A DNA stretch of 64,000 nt from Felis catus. Taxonomy: Eukaryota. The position numbers were made by a program, and so were the translations under genes. Positions 11,596 to 25,200 of this stretch are shown one piece after another (the stretch's first letter is position 1; each line of letters opens with the position of its first letter). Under the pieces are notes generated by a model, which was given only the letters and a program-made list of their open reading frames with translations, did not search any database and had not been told where the DNA came from. The stretch is from contig NC_058368.1 of assembly GCF_018350175.1 (NCBI RefSeq), positions 58,902,001 to 58,966,000 on the forward strand. Reading direction: 5' to 3'.

Positions 11596-11812
11596 TTTTT
11601 AAAAAAATTTTTTAATGTTTATTTATTGTTGAGAGAGAGACAGAGTGTGAGCAGGGGAGGAGCAGAGAGAAAGGGAGACACAGGATCCAAAGCAGGCTCC
11701 AGGCTCTGAGCTGTCAGCACAGAGCCTGACACGGGGCTTGAACTCATGAACAGTAAGATCATGTCCTGAGCCTAAGTCGGACGCTCAACCGATTGAGCCA
11801 CCCAGGCGCCCC
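11596..11812 (-). mobile_element. Can-SINE
   Basis: TSD agcaaaatg at 11584-11592 and 11813-11821. Confidence 0.96.
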
Positions 11813-12895
11813 AGCAAAATGTTCTTATATCTTTAAAATTTTGAAGCAAATGAATTCAGTTTTCATAAATGCTATACACACTTTAGAAAGCTAATAAAAC
11901 CAAATATATTCACACTCTTAAGTGTAAAACTAAATGTACACATTAAGCAGAAGTGGTTAATGTGAGGAATTTAATTATTTTTATATTTCTCACTATGTTT
12001 ATCTCTTCTAATAAGCTACAATTTTTATATTTTTAGACTTTCAGTGATTCTAAAAGAATCTAATTTTATAGTTTCTTAGCACTTTATTAATCTTATAATA
12101 TCTAAAAGGAAAAAAAGAAAAATTTCATAAAATGGTTGAAGTTAATAAGTTCTAGGTTGATGAGCAATTTATCCCTGATCATTATGAATGAGCTTCCAGT
12201 TTATAATTAATTTTATTTCTGCCAATAAAACTTAAATACGCAGTTTCCACAGGTTTTAGTTTATGTAATTTAGTGCTTTCTTCTGAAATTGTGTAAATCC
12301 ATTTATTTCATTAGTACCATTTCTTCAGGAGCTGCCACACCATGTCTATTCACTCCAAATTTTCCAGAGCATCACAGTAGAGCCTTATCCATGTGCCACA
12401 TGTACACATTTGTGCATGTGAGTAGTGCATGATGTTTACAGTGATTATAAAGCACCGGCGTGAATTTATTTTTTTCTCTTTGTAAGTAAGCAAATTTGGA
12501 AACATGGGAAGCATAGCTAAATTGAAGAACGCTGGAAAAAGTGCATATTGTACTGGTAACAGGAGGAAATAATATGCATAAATGAAGCCCTAACTAAAGT
12601 CCAAGAAATAATATTCTATACACAGGTTTACAATATTAATGTGGAAATCTCTATATCTAAAGAGAGGATACAACATGCTTAAAACAGATATAAGAAAAAA
12701 ACACTGGATTTCCAATATGTCTGTAATAGTTGACTAGAAAATATTTGGAGAATTATCTCATTCAAAACGAAAATAAAATTATCAAATACCCAACAGTAAC
12801 CTTAAAAGAATAATTATGCAATATTTTTTAAAAAAATCAACCAACAAAACTTTATAAGGCCAGAAAACAATGTCTGAATTAAAAACATCATGTTC

Positions 12896-13104
12896 TTTTT
12901 TTTTTTTTAATGTTTATTTATTTTTGAAAGAGAGAGAGGGAGACAGAGTCTGAGCAGGGGATGGGCAGAGAGAGAGGGAGACACAGAACCTGAAGCAGGC
13001 TGCAGGCTCTATGCTACCTGGCACAGGGCTCAACTTCGTGAACCATGAGATCATGACCTGAGCCAAAGTCGGAGGCTTAACTGACTGAGACACCCAGGCA
13101 CCCC
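12896..13104 (-). mobile_element. Can-SINE
   Basis: TSD aaaacatc(a/t)tgttctt. Confidence 0.96.
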
Positions 13105-13527
13105 TAAAACATCTTGTTCTTAAAACAATATTGAGAAATGTCAGTTTTGTCCAAAATTTATACATGATTTCCACATGAGTATGAAACTGTTGAGTTGATA
13201 AGGATGTTTTATGGTGGATGGAAATATGCTAAATAGCAAACACATTTGCAAAATAACAACAACAATAAAGAAGCAGGACTATGTCTACTGATACAAAAAT
13301 ACATTCGGTGTTTGAACACAAGAACGTCAAATAGATAAAAGCAATAGTCAAAAGCCCATAAAAGATAATCATGAATATATGTGAACCCATGAATAAAAAT
13401 AGCCAATTTTTCCTTTTTGTATCAAGTATTTTAAGTAAATTATATGATAATTTTAAATTGCAAGAACGATTTCTCTCTCTTTAAATAAGTCTAAATTGCA
13501 AGAATTACTTCACTCTCTCTCTCTCTT

Positions 13528-13645
13528 AAAATGAGGAAATGGAAGCACAGAGAAGTTAAATAACCTGACCAAACTGACCTAGCAAATATGTACCAAGATT
13601 TGAACCTAAGAAATCTGGCTTCAAAATTTGAGCCCCTAACCACAA
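13528..13645 (-). mobile_element. MIR fragment
   Basis: aaatgaggaaatggaagcacagagaagttaaataacctgacc...gatttgaacctaag. Confidence 0.8.
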
Positions 13646-13979
13646 CATTGCATCATTTTAGTGTATAATAAATATCACATTTCTTGTCAATGGGGAAATG
13701 ACAGGCTACTTAAAACTATGGTTTGGAAGAACTGTCCAATCAGTTTAACCAAAATAAAAATAAAATAAAATAAAATAAAAGCCCTAAATTAAAAATGACA
13801 ACAATGTTACATTTCTGCCTCATAATATATAAGCAATGAATTTCAGATGAATTAAAATGATAAATTTAAAACCAATTAGAAATGTATCCACACATAATAG
13901 TTTTACAATCTTAAAATTTTTAAATGGGTAAGGACTTTACTATGCAAGTCATGACATTTAACATTGTAAGTAACTTAGA

Positions 13980-14070
13980 TTCTTGGCACATAGTACGTAC
14001 TTAATACTCATTTGTTGAATGAAAGTATGATTTAGTGAATGACTAAGTGAATGAGATGAATTGAATGAAA
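13980..14070 (+). mobile_element. L2 3' terminus
   Basis: cttggcacatagtacgtacttaatactcatttgttgaatgaa followed by decayed (tgaa)n. Confidence 0.65.
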
Positions 14071-14524
14071 TAGGATGCTTGCTATATAAATTTCTATATG
14101 TGGTTTTAAGGGAGGATTTATTACCTTTATCCTCCTAAATATTCTTCTCTTATTTATGCATTATCCTTCTCTAAAGGAGGTCACTAGTAGCTAAATCTGT
14201 TTCTAAGAATCTCTACACACAATATAAGGAATGAATAATAAGTTATAGGTATTATTTGGCCACAGTTTACACATTAAATTTTTTCTCATCAAGATAGGGC
14301 AGGTAGTATTCTCAGGTAATCATATGAGTGTAAAAGAGAGTATTCTGTGTGTCCAATCATGACCAGGAAAAACAATTAAGATCATGAAAGGGGAAACAGT
14401 TGATATTCTTTTAAGAATGATTCCAGGGATAAGGGAGAGGCCCTGAGAGCCAGAGGTCTGTAAGAACAGAACTTATATATGGTGGCATCCATTTAGGATG
14501 TAGTTTTAATGGTATTTACATTTT

Positions 14525-14687
14525 ATTTATTTAGTTTTAAATATTTATTTATTTATTTATTTTTGAGAGGGGGAGGGGCAGAAGGAGAGGGAGAGACATG
14601 GGGCTCAAACTTATGAACCTTGAGAGCATGACCTGAGCACAAAAGAAGAGTCGGTTGCTTAAGTGACTGAGCTACCCATGCGTCCCT
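14525..14687 (-). mobile_element. Can-SINE, internally deleted
   Basis: Perfect TSD atggtatttacatttt at 14509-14524 and 14688-14703. Confidence 0.93.
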
Positions 14688-17600
14688 ATGGTATTTACAT
14701 TTTAAATTCCTGTGAGGAAAATTGTAGTTTAAATTGATATCATCTAGTGCATCATAAGGTATATGAAGGTTCTCAGAGCAAATGTGAGTAAGGAAGATCA
14801 TAGAGGAAATGATTATATTTCATTAGAATACTCTGAAGATTAGGGACTTGCCTTCAAACGTATCCTTATCCAAATCCTTAATCCAATATAAGCAGATTCC
14901 AGTGAATCTTTGTGGACCTTACTGTCCTAGAGTTCTTTTCTATCCTATTCATTCAGTTCTATACACGTTTGTGTACACACACACACACACCCTTGTGTAT
15001 TGCATAATCCCCCCCAGAACTTTACAGAAATATTTGCAATAAAAATCTTTGATCTTACTTTTTTACTTCTAGGTAATGCAAGTTTTAATAGTCATAATGC
15101 AGACTTTTTAAAGTACAGGATAAAATTTTCCAAAATGTTAATATTAAGTTGCCATATTCTTGTAAAAATATAGGAACTTACAATGATGTGTGCTTGTATG
15201 CTCATACAAACATGCACACACACTCACCTCAAACTCTGAGACATGGATGGATTGTTTTATCTTAAGTGACCTTATTTTACTATCAACAATAAAAATACCA
15301 TACTGAATCTGGGAAAAATAAAACTAAGATCAATAGAGGTAGTCTATTTAAAATAGTTTCCTGTATGTAAAATCACAAAAAAATAAACTGAAAACTCTCT
15401 AAAATATATTTTAAAATAAATTCTAAATGAAATGCTTTCCTTATTTTTGTTCTCCTACAAAAACAAAAATACAATAATTTTTTCTAAAATATATTCATCT
15501 AGTTGTTCAATTAATAATGATAGGATAGAGATGAAATACCCATCAATATACAATTAGACTGATTTACAATTATTTTGGAAGAAAAGATACTCAGATTCCA
15601 TAAACTACCTTTTATCTCCTTCTTCTAGATGCTATAAAAGACAGAAGTCATTTTATCCTATAATGCTTCTATAAATTCATCTTCTATAAATGCAATCCCT
15701 AAGGTGTGTAATACATAATTATGTGTTTGATTGCGTCTAGATCACAAAATATACTACCTTACTTTTCTCGTCACTATTAGTTCTAGATGAATTAGAGTGT
15801 TGTCTTCAAAATTGCCTAGTCTAAATCATATTAAACATTGCAAAATTATCTCTTAATCTTTACATCTTCTATGTTCAACTTTGTGAATCTCTAAAACAAA
15901 AAGCCTTTGAGCCATTCTTGCTAGGCTATGTGGAAAGACCTGTGAAAAAAGAGGAGGAAGTTATAGATAGCATTAAAAAGGTAGAAGGCAAAATTAAAGT
16001 GTGAATAAAATTTGGTATTGCTTTATGTTGCATATTCCTTTTTATAACTTCCAGCAACTTTGGATATCATAATGTGTGGTACATTTGCACAGATAAAAGT
16101 AATGGGTTTATCCCCATTATGGTTGTTACCTCAAAGGATTGCTAAACTTTTTTTTGTTTCTGGCATAATAATAAAAAAGTAAAGTATTACAATAAGCTTT
16201 CAGGAGCCTTCTTCCCCTTTCAATCTATTAGTCTTTCCTTTTGGTTCTTAAACTTTCAGTAAGAGCAGCAATCAGGCTATAATTATGTATTATAAATAAT
16301 GAGGAGATACATGTATTAGTTCAATGACAAAATATTTGCTTTTTTTCCCTGCTAATTACCAGCAAAGTAGTAAGTAGATTATTCTTTCTTTATAAATCTC
16401 AAACTAAAAGCAAATATATATCTAATGAGCCTTCAAAAATAAAATAACAAAATGTCTTTTAATATTATAGGTACCCAATAGTATCTATGACCCTCCATTT
16501 TAAACTTGCATTTCAGAGACATGCTTCAGATGAAATACTGAAGTTGTTACTGTCTTTTAAAAGCCCATAATATCACTACACTGTTATTGTGCAGAAGACT
16601 GACATTTTCTTTCACAATGACACTAGAATTACTGACTAAAATCACTGTGAGGCTGTCTAAAACTGCACTTCAAAGCTGGCAATTTCCCTTTTCTCATTTT
16701 ATATTCGTTACTGACTGTCTTCATTTTAAGAGTTAGTAATTCAGAAATATTTCCATTGAAATATTCATTGGAATAATTTAGTATTATTTTCAGGATCTGA
16801 GATGTTGAGAGTAATATAAGAGAAGTTGTTGGAAGCTTCTGTTTTCTTTTAGACTTTTACTAGGAAAAGATTTTTAAAAATCTTCTTTTTCTAAGTATGG
16901 AGAAATCAATAGTAAATAGAATAAAGATATGTAATCAAGTATTATGTAATATATATATTAAATTGATTATAATAATTATCTTATTTCCAGTAATTTTATA
17001 ATATCCTGATATTTTCTTATAGAAGGCTATGTAAAAAAATACAGCCTTATATTAATAAACACATAGCTCTTACATGTGGCATGTATTTCCAGACTTCAGG
17101 CTATTTGAAATTTCACTAAGTCTAGAATGTTATGATCCGTTTGAAGCATACTTGAAAGACTTGTTATGATTCAAAAGAGGTCTATATATCTAGAATCCAA
17201 ATAATCCAAATATCTAGAATCCAAATAATCTAAATCTAAAGTCTCCATGACTTGGAGACATGACTTTATTAGAATCCAAATAATGTAAATACTCTTGTTA
17301 TGATGGAAGACATTGTAAAAAGCTATTCCAAATAGTTTTTGCCCAAGTTATTTACTCTGTTATTTGGCAACTATTTGTCATTTGTCAGTAGGCTCTAGGA
17401 TAAAATGGTCATTTAAAAAAATGAAGTTCTTTTCTCAGATTTCATAGAACAATGGAGATAATTATTTTTTTCAAGCTTCCATTAAAGTATAAGAAAAACA
17501 TCCACTTGGTAGATTAGCAAAAAAAAATAATCAACTCTGTACTTAAAATTGTACAGTTCACTGATATTGTGTAATAACCTAGTCCAATAGCACATACCAG

Positions 17601-17784
17601 CTTTGTAATTATTTTGAAAGAACATAATGTTATTCATAAATGCCTTCTACAATACTGTTGTTTACATGAGTCTTATAATAGTGTAACTACTTTATGTATA
17701 TGCCCTTCAGATCTTAAAGTCTAAGAAAACAAGATGCACTGAACTAATGTATGTTTCGCTCATTCTGAAGATAGAATTATACCA

Positions 17785-18081
17785 GTCTGAACCCAGAAAC
17801 ACAAGAAGCAGGAAGATCCATGTCCAAAGGCAGAAGGTGGATGTCCTAGCTCAAGCAGAGAGCAAATTCACCCATCTTCTGCCTTTGTGTTCTCTTCAAT
17901 CCCTTGAAGGATTGGATGATGCCCACCTACACTGGTGAGGACAATCTCCTTTACTCAATATTCTGTTTCAAATGCCAATATCTTCTGGGAACACTCTCGC
18001 AGACATTCTTAGAAATAATATTTTACCAGCAACCTGGGCATTCCTTAGCCTAGTTAAGTTGACACATAAAATTAACCACCT
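17785..18081 (-). mobile_element. MLT2 (ERVL) LTR, partial
   Basis: ...gcctagttaagttgacacataaaattaacca is the reverse of the MLT2 start TGGTTAATTTTATGTGTCAACTT; also ggattggatgatgcccacc. Confidence 0.88.
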
Positions 18082-18089
18082 CCTGGGCA

Positions 18090-19300
18090 ACATGTTGGTG
18101 GTTCTCTTGCTCGGGTTTCCTAAGATTATATTTGTAGTGGATGTCTTTCATTAATTTTTGAAGACTCTCATTTGTTATGTCTTTATTTCTTCTCCCCCAC
18201 TTTCTCTCTCCTCTCCTGTTCAGCAACCAAACCCCATATGTACTCCAACATTTTATGTTGTACCATGGGTCTGCAACTTTTTGTTCTTTACTCTTTTTTT
18301 CCTCATTGTTTTTCAGTATAGATATGTATTTTTAATTGACTTCAAGTTCTCCCACTGTTCAGTAAATTCCTTTTAAAAAAATCAATGAATTCTTTATTTA
18401 TGATACTGTATTTTTAATTTAACATTCCATTCCATTTTATTCCTTTTTATTGGTTTCTTTGTTTCTGAGGACTTTTCTCATATCTTAATATGTGTTAACA
18501 TGTTGTCAATTTTCAGTATGTATTTAGGATTTCTATTTACTTTAATGTCACTTTCTGATAATTTCAGGGACATTTCTGTGTCTGCTTCTACTGACACTTT
18601 CTCTTATGACCATGTCTCATATTTTCTTGTTTATTCATGTGTATTGTGATGCTAGTGTAATATTGTTATTGTTATTTTGTAACAACATACCCTTCCTTGA
18701 GTCAGATTACTTGAGTCGGGAGCTGAATCAATCTGATCAGTAGCTGAACGGGATCTGGGTAGTTTTGAATGTTTAACTTGATTTTGTTTGCCATTAGGTT
18801 CAAATATTTTTAGGATCAAATTTTTCCTTCTTTGGGACTTGAGATCTGAGAAAAGAGGAGATTCAACAGATCTTTTCTGTGCTTTACAGCTGAGCTTCCA
18901 CTTTCTACACTATAAATCTCTCTGTGCCCTATATCTGACCTACTTTTCGTCCAATGGGTAATTTGTTTTTGTTTTTTTTCTTTTTTGGTCTTGACTTATG
19001 TTCTCTGTGCTTGGAGACTTCGAGACATGACTTTGGTGGACCATAAGATGGGTTTCTCTCAGCTTTTCTGTCGTGTCCCTGTTACTTCCATCTGTGGTGG
19101 GTTTTCTGCCTTTCATTGCTCTGCCAGTAATGAGAAGAACCGTAGGTCTCTACTTTCTTATAAAAGGCAGATAACTTTCTGTTTCTATACATATGAGTTC
19201 TCTGATGGTTTCAGAGAAGCTGTGATATTTTAGCAGGTCTGGCTTGTTGTGTTGTTGTGTGGAGGCAACATTCTGTTACAACTATCTATGATACCCTTGA
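18090..19300 (-). mobile_element. Old L1M fragment (ORF1/5' region)
   Basis: T-rich decayed sequence typical of antisense L1M ORF1. Boundaries approximate. Confidence 0.55.
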
Positions 19301-20730
19301 AATAGAAGTCTCCCTCTTTCTCCCCCCCACCTGTTTTTCTTTTGTTGCTGATAAACAATTAATTTATTACAAGAACTTCCATTCAGTTACCAATAAGACA
19401 CTTTGTAGCACTATGTCTAAGAGATCATGTTAATATACAGCCACTTGCTCCTTTTTTTCTATAATGAAAATAACCTAGTCTAAACATCTTCAGAAAAGGA
19501 AGTTCCATGTTATTTTAGCGAAGTTATTCAGTATTGAATTATCATTGCAATCTGCACATTTCTTCCTATGTGACCTTTTTTCTGCTATTTTAACTTGTAT
19601 GACTTTTTCCCCCCATGTTCACAAATACCATTAATAAGTTTATCTTAAGTATATGCTCTTTAGAATAGCTTACTCATGTGATTTACTATTCTGTTTAGAT
19701 GTTCTTTGTAAAAGACTATTAATTTTTTATATATCCTATTTTAAACTGTTCTGGAATTTTCCATGATTTTAATGTGATCTATTTTCTGCTTCATCTCCAA
19801 CAAGAAAGAGACACAGGAGAAGAACAAGTAAGCTACAGGGTTCTCAAAAAACTTACTTTTGTCTCATCATCATTTATTTTCATTTTTATAGTTGAATATT
19901 TAAATTAAGAAAACAATAATTAATATGTTTTAAATACCAGTCGGGTGTCAAACTAGAACCCATTAACAAACATAACAGGACTGAATATGTTGATGTATGA
20001 GCGTGATTGAAAAACATACAGCCTGATTTTCCCCCAACTCCTCAGTTGGCTTATGATTTTCCCTTTTCTAAAATTACCAAAATGGCCAGAAGTCTCTTTT
20101 GTTTGTTTATGAAAAATGTTAGCTCCATTTTAGTCATCATCCTTCATACCATTATATTATCATAATAACTCTTCATTTAGAAAAGCATTTGCAACTGGTT
20201 GGCTTCATTTTAGAAAATCTTATACTTGGTATTTTTTCCCTTAACTTGGCTTAAATAGCACTTTGTTTTATACTCTGCAATATGCTGAGGAGGAGTCTTT
20301 AAAGTACTGAAATATTCATGTTTGTGATCCATTGCAATCATTTCCCTAGTGCCTTCTGGATTTTGCAAGAACAAAACAAAGAGGACTTATATAAGTATCA
20401 GCAGTACTGGGACCTTTCCCAATCAACTTTATAAATGGAGTATTTGGGAACATTTTAGGTTTGCCACAGATAAAATACTGAAACTAAACAAACTTGGTAA
20501 TGTCTTAGACTTTCTACAGCACCTAGAAAAAAAAAGGTTATGATTTTAATAGTTGTTGCCAGATAACAACATAAATATTGAGGGTGCAATGCTTGGGAAA
20601 ATTATTTCTACTTCTAAAACTAACGAAATATAAATGATTTTACTTTATTGTAGAGCCATGTCCTTAACAGATTTGTAAAACACTGAAAATCAATATGGAA
20701 ATTAATGAATTTGGATTATATTATTTCTTC

Positions 20731-20944
20731 TTTAAAATTTTTTAATGTTTATTTTTGAGAGAGAGAGAAAGAGACAGTGTACGAGTGGGGCAAGGGCAGA
20801 AAGAGAGGGAGACACAGAATCCAAAGCAGGCTCCGGGCTCTGAGCAGTCAGCACGGAGCCCGACGTGGGGCTCCAACTCACAAACTGTGATCATGACCTG
20901 AGCTGGAGTTGGACGCTTAACTGACTGAGCCACCCAGGCGCCCC
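20731..20944 (-). mobile_element. Can-SINE
   Basis: TSD tggat(t/a)atattatt. Confidence 0.96.
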
Positions 20945-21039
20945 TGGATAATATTATTTATTTTCGATTAGTATGCATGACAAGAAACTTAGGTCTGTGG
21001 TCGTTAAATATATTTTATGGCAACGTGATAAAAAAATTA

Positions 21040-22200
21040 GAGTCAAGTTGAGAGACGGCAAAGTAGAAGAACCCAGCATCCATGCCCCATGGACATTAAC
21101 AGTTAAACAGCTATCCAGGAACAAAAACATCTCTAAGAGAGTTTAGAAGTCCACTTAAGAGACTTCAGCAACACAGTGGAACAACAACAAAAACCCTGAG
21201 AATAATTGGTCCAAAAAGGAAGGAAGAACAACTCCATATTTCTTGCAGTGTCCTATCCCCTAGGCTGGCCCAGCTTAGTGTTGTGCTATGTTTCACCCAG
21301 AGACCAGAAAAGGTGGAAAGATATAGACTGCTAGGACCAAGAAAGAAGAGCAGGGCCATCAGTATCCACCATGTAACAGGAGCAGCTATGGGCTCTAGTG
21401 ATCTGTTCTACAGAGGACCCCAGCAGCTGTCACTACTGAAGAAACCAAGAAACAGCACAGCTGTCATAGACTCCCCCTGAAGATTTCATCAGTCTTTGCC
21501 CCAGAAATATTTGCATTAGCAGATGCCAGCCACCTGAGTCTCTCCCTGCTTTGTTCTCTCTGCCCTTGCCAGAGCCTGGGATCCACACTGGCAGCCAGCT
21601 CAAACCTCAGTGGCTATAGGAGTACAAGATGCTAACCTAGATACCTGCGGTTGATTTCCACAGCCATGCACACAGTTGGGGTTAGTCCCTTCAGTTGTGC
21701 ACTTGTGTGCCACTGGCCTGTCCCCTCCATTGACATGTGTGTACATGGTAAGATCCTGTAGCCACGAGAGTGCATGCTGACAACTAATGCCTTCACTGCT
21801 GCTTGTGGGTCCCAATGCAGCCTTATCTCTAGTCCCTGGGCTGCAGCATCGGGCTCAACTATAGCCAGCCTCCCATCTAGTTGTCCTCTTGGCAGACATG
21901 GAAACAAACTGGCAGCATGGGGACCCTGGCTGCCAGTGTATATTATCGTGGCTGCTGGGTCTTGCCATGGCCTCTGATAGTGGAGGCTGGTGTCTGGAAT
22001 CAGGCCAGGGCTGAGCAGACGCACAGCTGAAGGGGCTGGTGGCAGGTGAGCCTCATGGTGCATGCCAGCGACCAGAGACAGGGCTGGATCCGGGCCCACA
22101 AGCAGCTGAAGGGGCCATGGCTGTTGGCATGCACTCCTCTCCTCAGGTTGCAGACCCCCCCACTGGCATGGTGTGGTTGTGGAGGCAGGCTGTATGCTTC
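21040..22200 (+). mobile_element. Old L1 5'UTR (L1M2/L1MA-like) without ORF1; distal part inverted
   Basis: Start agacggcaaagtagaagaaccc...aaacagctatccaggaacaaaaac resembles L1M 5' ends. GC-rich, CpG-decayed sub-repeats occur in both orientations. Confidence 0.6.
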
Positions 22201-25200
22201 TTCGTCTTTTCTTTTCTTTAAAGTGCTGCATTATTATAGCTCCAACCAGAACTTGGCACAGAGTAGACAATAAATAATCATTAAAAATTAATAACCAAAC
22301 AATTCAGAAGTATTTTTATTTTTCAAAAAAATTAAAAACGTCATCCCAACTAAAAAGGACAAGATATGAAGCAAAATTTAGAATTTATGCTTCTCTTACT
22401 CCTGCTTGAAAGTAAAATGTAAGAAAACCATGAATCAAATTTTCCACCTCACTGTGAATCAGTTTTTAAATCTGCTAAATTAATATAACTCAATAAATTG
22501 GTAAATATTTTTAAAAATACATTTTTTCCTAATATATAAAAGGCATAGTTTTCAAAGAACTGAAATTACTAGTATTATCTAAATTAATAACACAAGAAGA
22601 TGGCTTAAAATGTCTAATCCCCTTTAGAATAGATCTCATTGCACATTTATAAGTTATGAAAATTTGCTTCAATGCCTGAGTATATATAATCTATATATAT
22701 GCTTTATTTAGAAGCTAAATTAGTTTCATAATCACATTTAAAAATACAGTATTAGAGAAATATATAATCTCATTGTCTTTTATCTACTTATAAAATGATT
22801 GCCTTAGATATTAGCCTAAATAATCCCCCAATAAACTTTGTTGTATTTGGGCCCTTGCAAATAAAAGCTCATATTGTTCCACACAAATATTCTTAGGACA
22901 TCAGGCTAGCAAAGGCTATCAGTATCAGGAGATATCATTTTCAGACTGATTGGAATGGGATGAGAATAGTAGGAGATGAAAAATGGAGAAGAATCTATAA
23001 ACTGCACAACTTCACACATAAAAGTATTCACATTTTTTGTAAGTGAGGAAATCAGGACAGACACAAGGAAATGATAGTCATCAGATTTAAGGCTTGTGTT
23101 GTTTGTACTATACGATGAATTAAGGCTTCTACATAATTTTTTTTTCAAATAATGGAATCTACTTACCAATTTCTAAAAAATATCTGAGGAATGCCATCTT
23201 TTGGGCTAATAGAACAAAAGGTGTGGGTGTGTGAGTGCGTGTATGTGTGTATGTAGTGTAGTGTGTGTTTGAATATATGTGCCTATGTGTTTGTGGTAAA
23301 TGTTTAGAGGTGTTGAATCCAAAATAAATCATTTCTGTGTGTTCATAGGGGTGCCAGTAGTGTTTGTAGTAGATTGGGTTATTGTCCTTCACTTTTCATT
23401 TCCTTCTGCAAGGTGTTTTTGCTGTGCTCTCCCTCTCTGGACAAAGTGTGCCCACTTTGCCACATTGATGATGGTCTTGGCCATGTGACTTGGATTCCTC
23501 ATTTATGTATGTCACAATGATAGTGGTGTGGAAACAGGCACATAGGGTACAAGAGAGACAGGCATTCATTATCCTTCCTTTTTCCTCTCAACATCTCTTC
23601 TCTCTGTTCTTCACTTTAATTTAACATCAACCTATACTGAACTTCTTCCCCATATCAAGTAACTATACCTACTAGCACCTAGGAAGGAGTGAATAATATG
23701 ATTTTTCCTCACCCTTTAGAGACTTACCTTAGATGAGGAGAAGGGTTAGTGGTTGTAGAGAGAAAGTTCCTAATGGATGCATGATGTTATAACATAAAGC
23801 ATAGAGATTTATTCAAAGTACAAGAGCGCCATGCAAAATAGCACTGTCACTTTCACAATGTAAAATCAAGGAAAGCTTCTCAGTGGTGATGACATTTTCA
23901 GAGATTCCTGTCATTGTCTTCCCTTGTTTGTTACAATTTCAGTAACAGTAATGTACTATCAAGAAATGATTATATAATCGATTCTATTTTACATATTCTT
24001 CAAATATTTATTAATTTTAAATACACTTTCCATACCAGATACTGATATTCAACCTATAACAATGAAATAGCAAATTGAAAATTGGACCAATGAAGTTTTC
24101 ATATGGCCCATTGTACTAATGTATTTGTTTTTTCTTCAGGTAGAGCTGAATATTCAGGTAGAGCATGGATATTTTCATGATTGTTAATCCTGTTATACTT
24201 GAAGGTAATTTTAGAGTATGAAGGGAAAATTAGTTGCTTGCAATGTTTATAAGGATGACAATAAAGTATTCAGTTTATGTCACAAACAGTTCTTTTGATC
24301 CAATAGCTACTTAAGACCAAAAAAAAAAAAGTTTTCTAAAACACCAGTGTCATAATTAAGAGGTGCTTTATCCTCTCTAATCTGCAGTGACTAAACAGAG
24401 ATTAGTAGCTGATATTTACTGGTGTAATTACTAATGAAAATAGCGTAATCTATGCAGATAGATAAATTTTCTAAAGGAATTAAATATTTTATAAGCTTAA
24501 CTAGTTAGATATTTTATCAGTTTTGAGGTTTTTTTCAGAAGTTGACTGATCATGGTGAGAAGTATTTTAGAAACATGTTGATTTCATGCTTCTCTCACTG
24601 AAGGGTCACAGGTACCACCCAGTGAATTATCAGGAATCAGGAATGCCTCAGACCTTGCAATGTATAGCTCATAAAGAAAAAGATTAGGGCCATCAGGCAC
24701 AGTCATTCACATTCAGTGCAAGAGCATTATCTATACTTCAGGACATTTCTTTTCAATGGCTCCTGAGGTAATTGTGAATTGTTAAGAAAAAGATGGTTAT
24801 CATGTTTTATTTTATTTTTTTAAATTTAATCTCTGAGAATTCTTTTTTTTTTTTTGTATTATGAAACATTTGACAAACAAATTTTCAGTAAGCTAAGGCA
24901 TTTTATGCTGGTTTTAAAAATTTCAATGCTATATTTTGTGTCATGGGTTGTTCCCACCATCTGAATATGTGTCCATCACCCTCAAAATAAAGGAAATTCA
25001 AGTAGTCTTGATAAAAGACTCTTCAGGAGCTACATATTTATTTACTATGCGATTTCCTTCTAGCCTTTGTTTTAAAAATGTCAATTTATTCTCACATGTG
25101 AAAGGAGAAATATCCAAATTCTGAGGGTAATTGAAGGTACTGGTTTGGGACTAACCATTCAGAATGTGGGGGCTAGAGATTATTTAGGTTGCAAAAGAAG

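Noticed and set aside
17186..17290. CRISPR-like repeat/spacer pattern
   Set aside because: Mammalian DNA, only three irregularly spaced copies, no cas genes
21632..22270. 212-aa minus-strand ORF and overlapping ORFs
   Set aside because: They lie in the GC-rich, repeat-derived block where stops are rare, and show no recognisable domain
24140..24157. 18-nt micro-exon candidate after ttttttcttcag
   Set aside because: Donor gtagag is weak and the pattern is explained by a short ttcaggtagagc duplication
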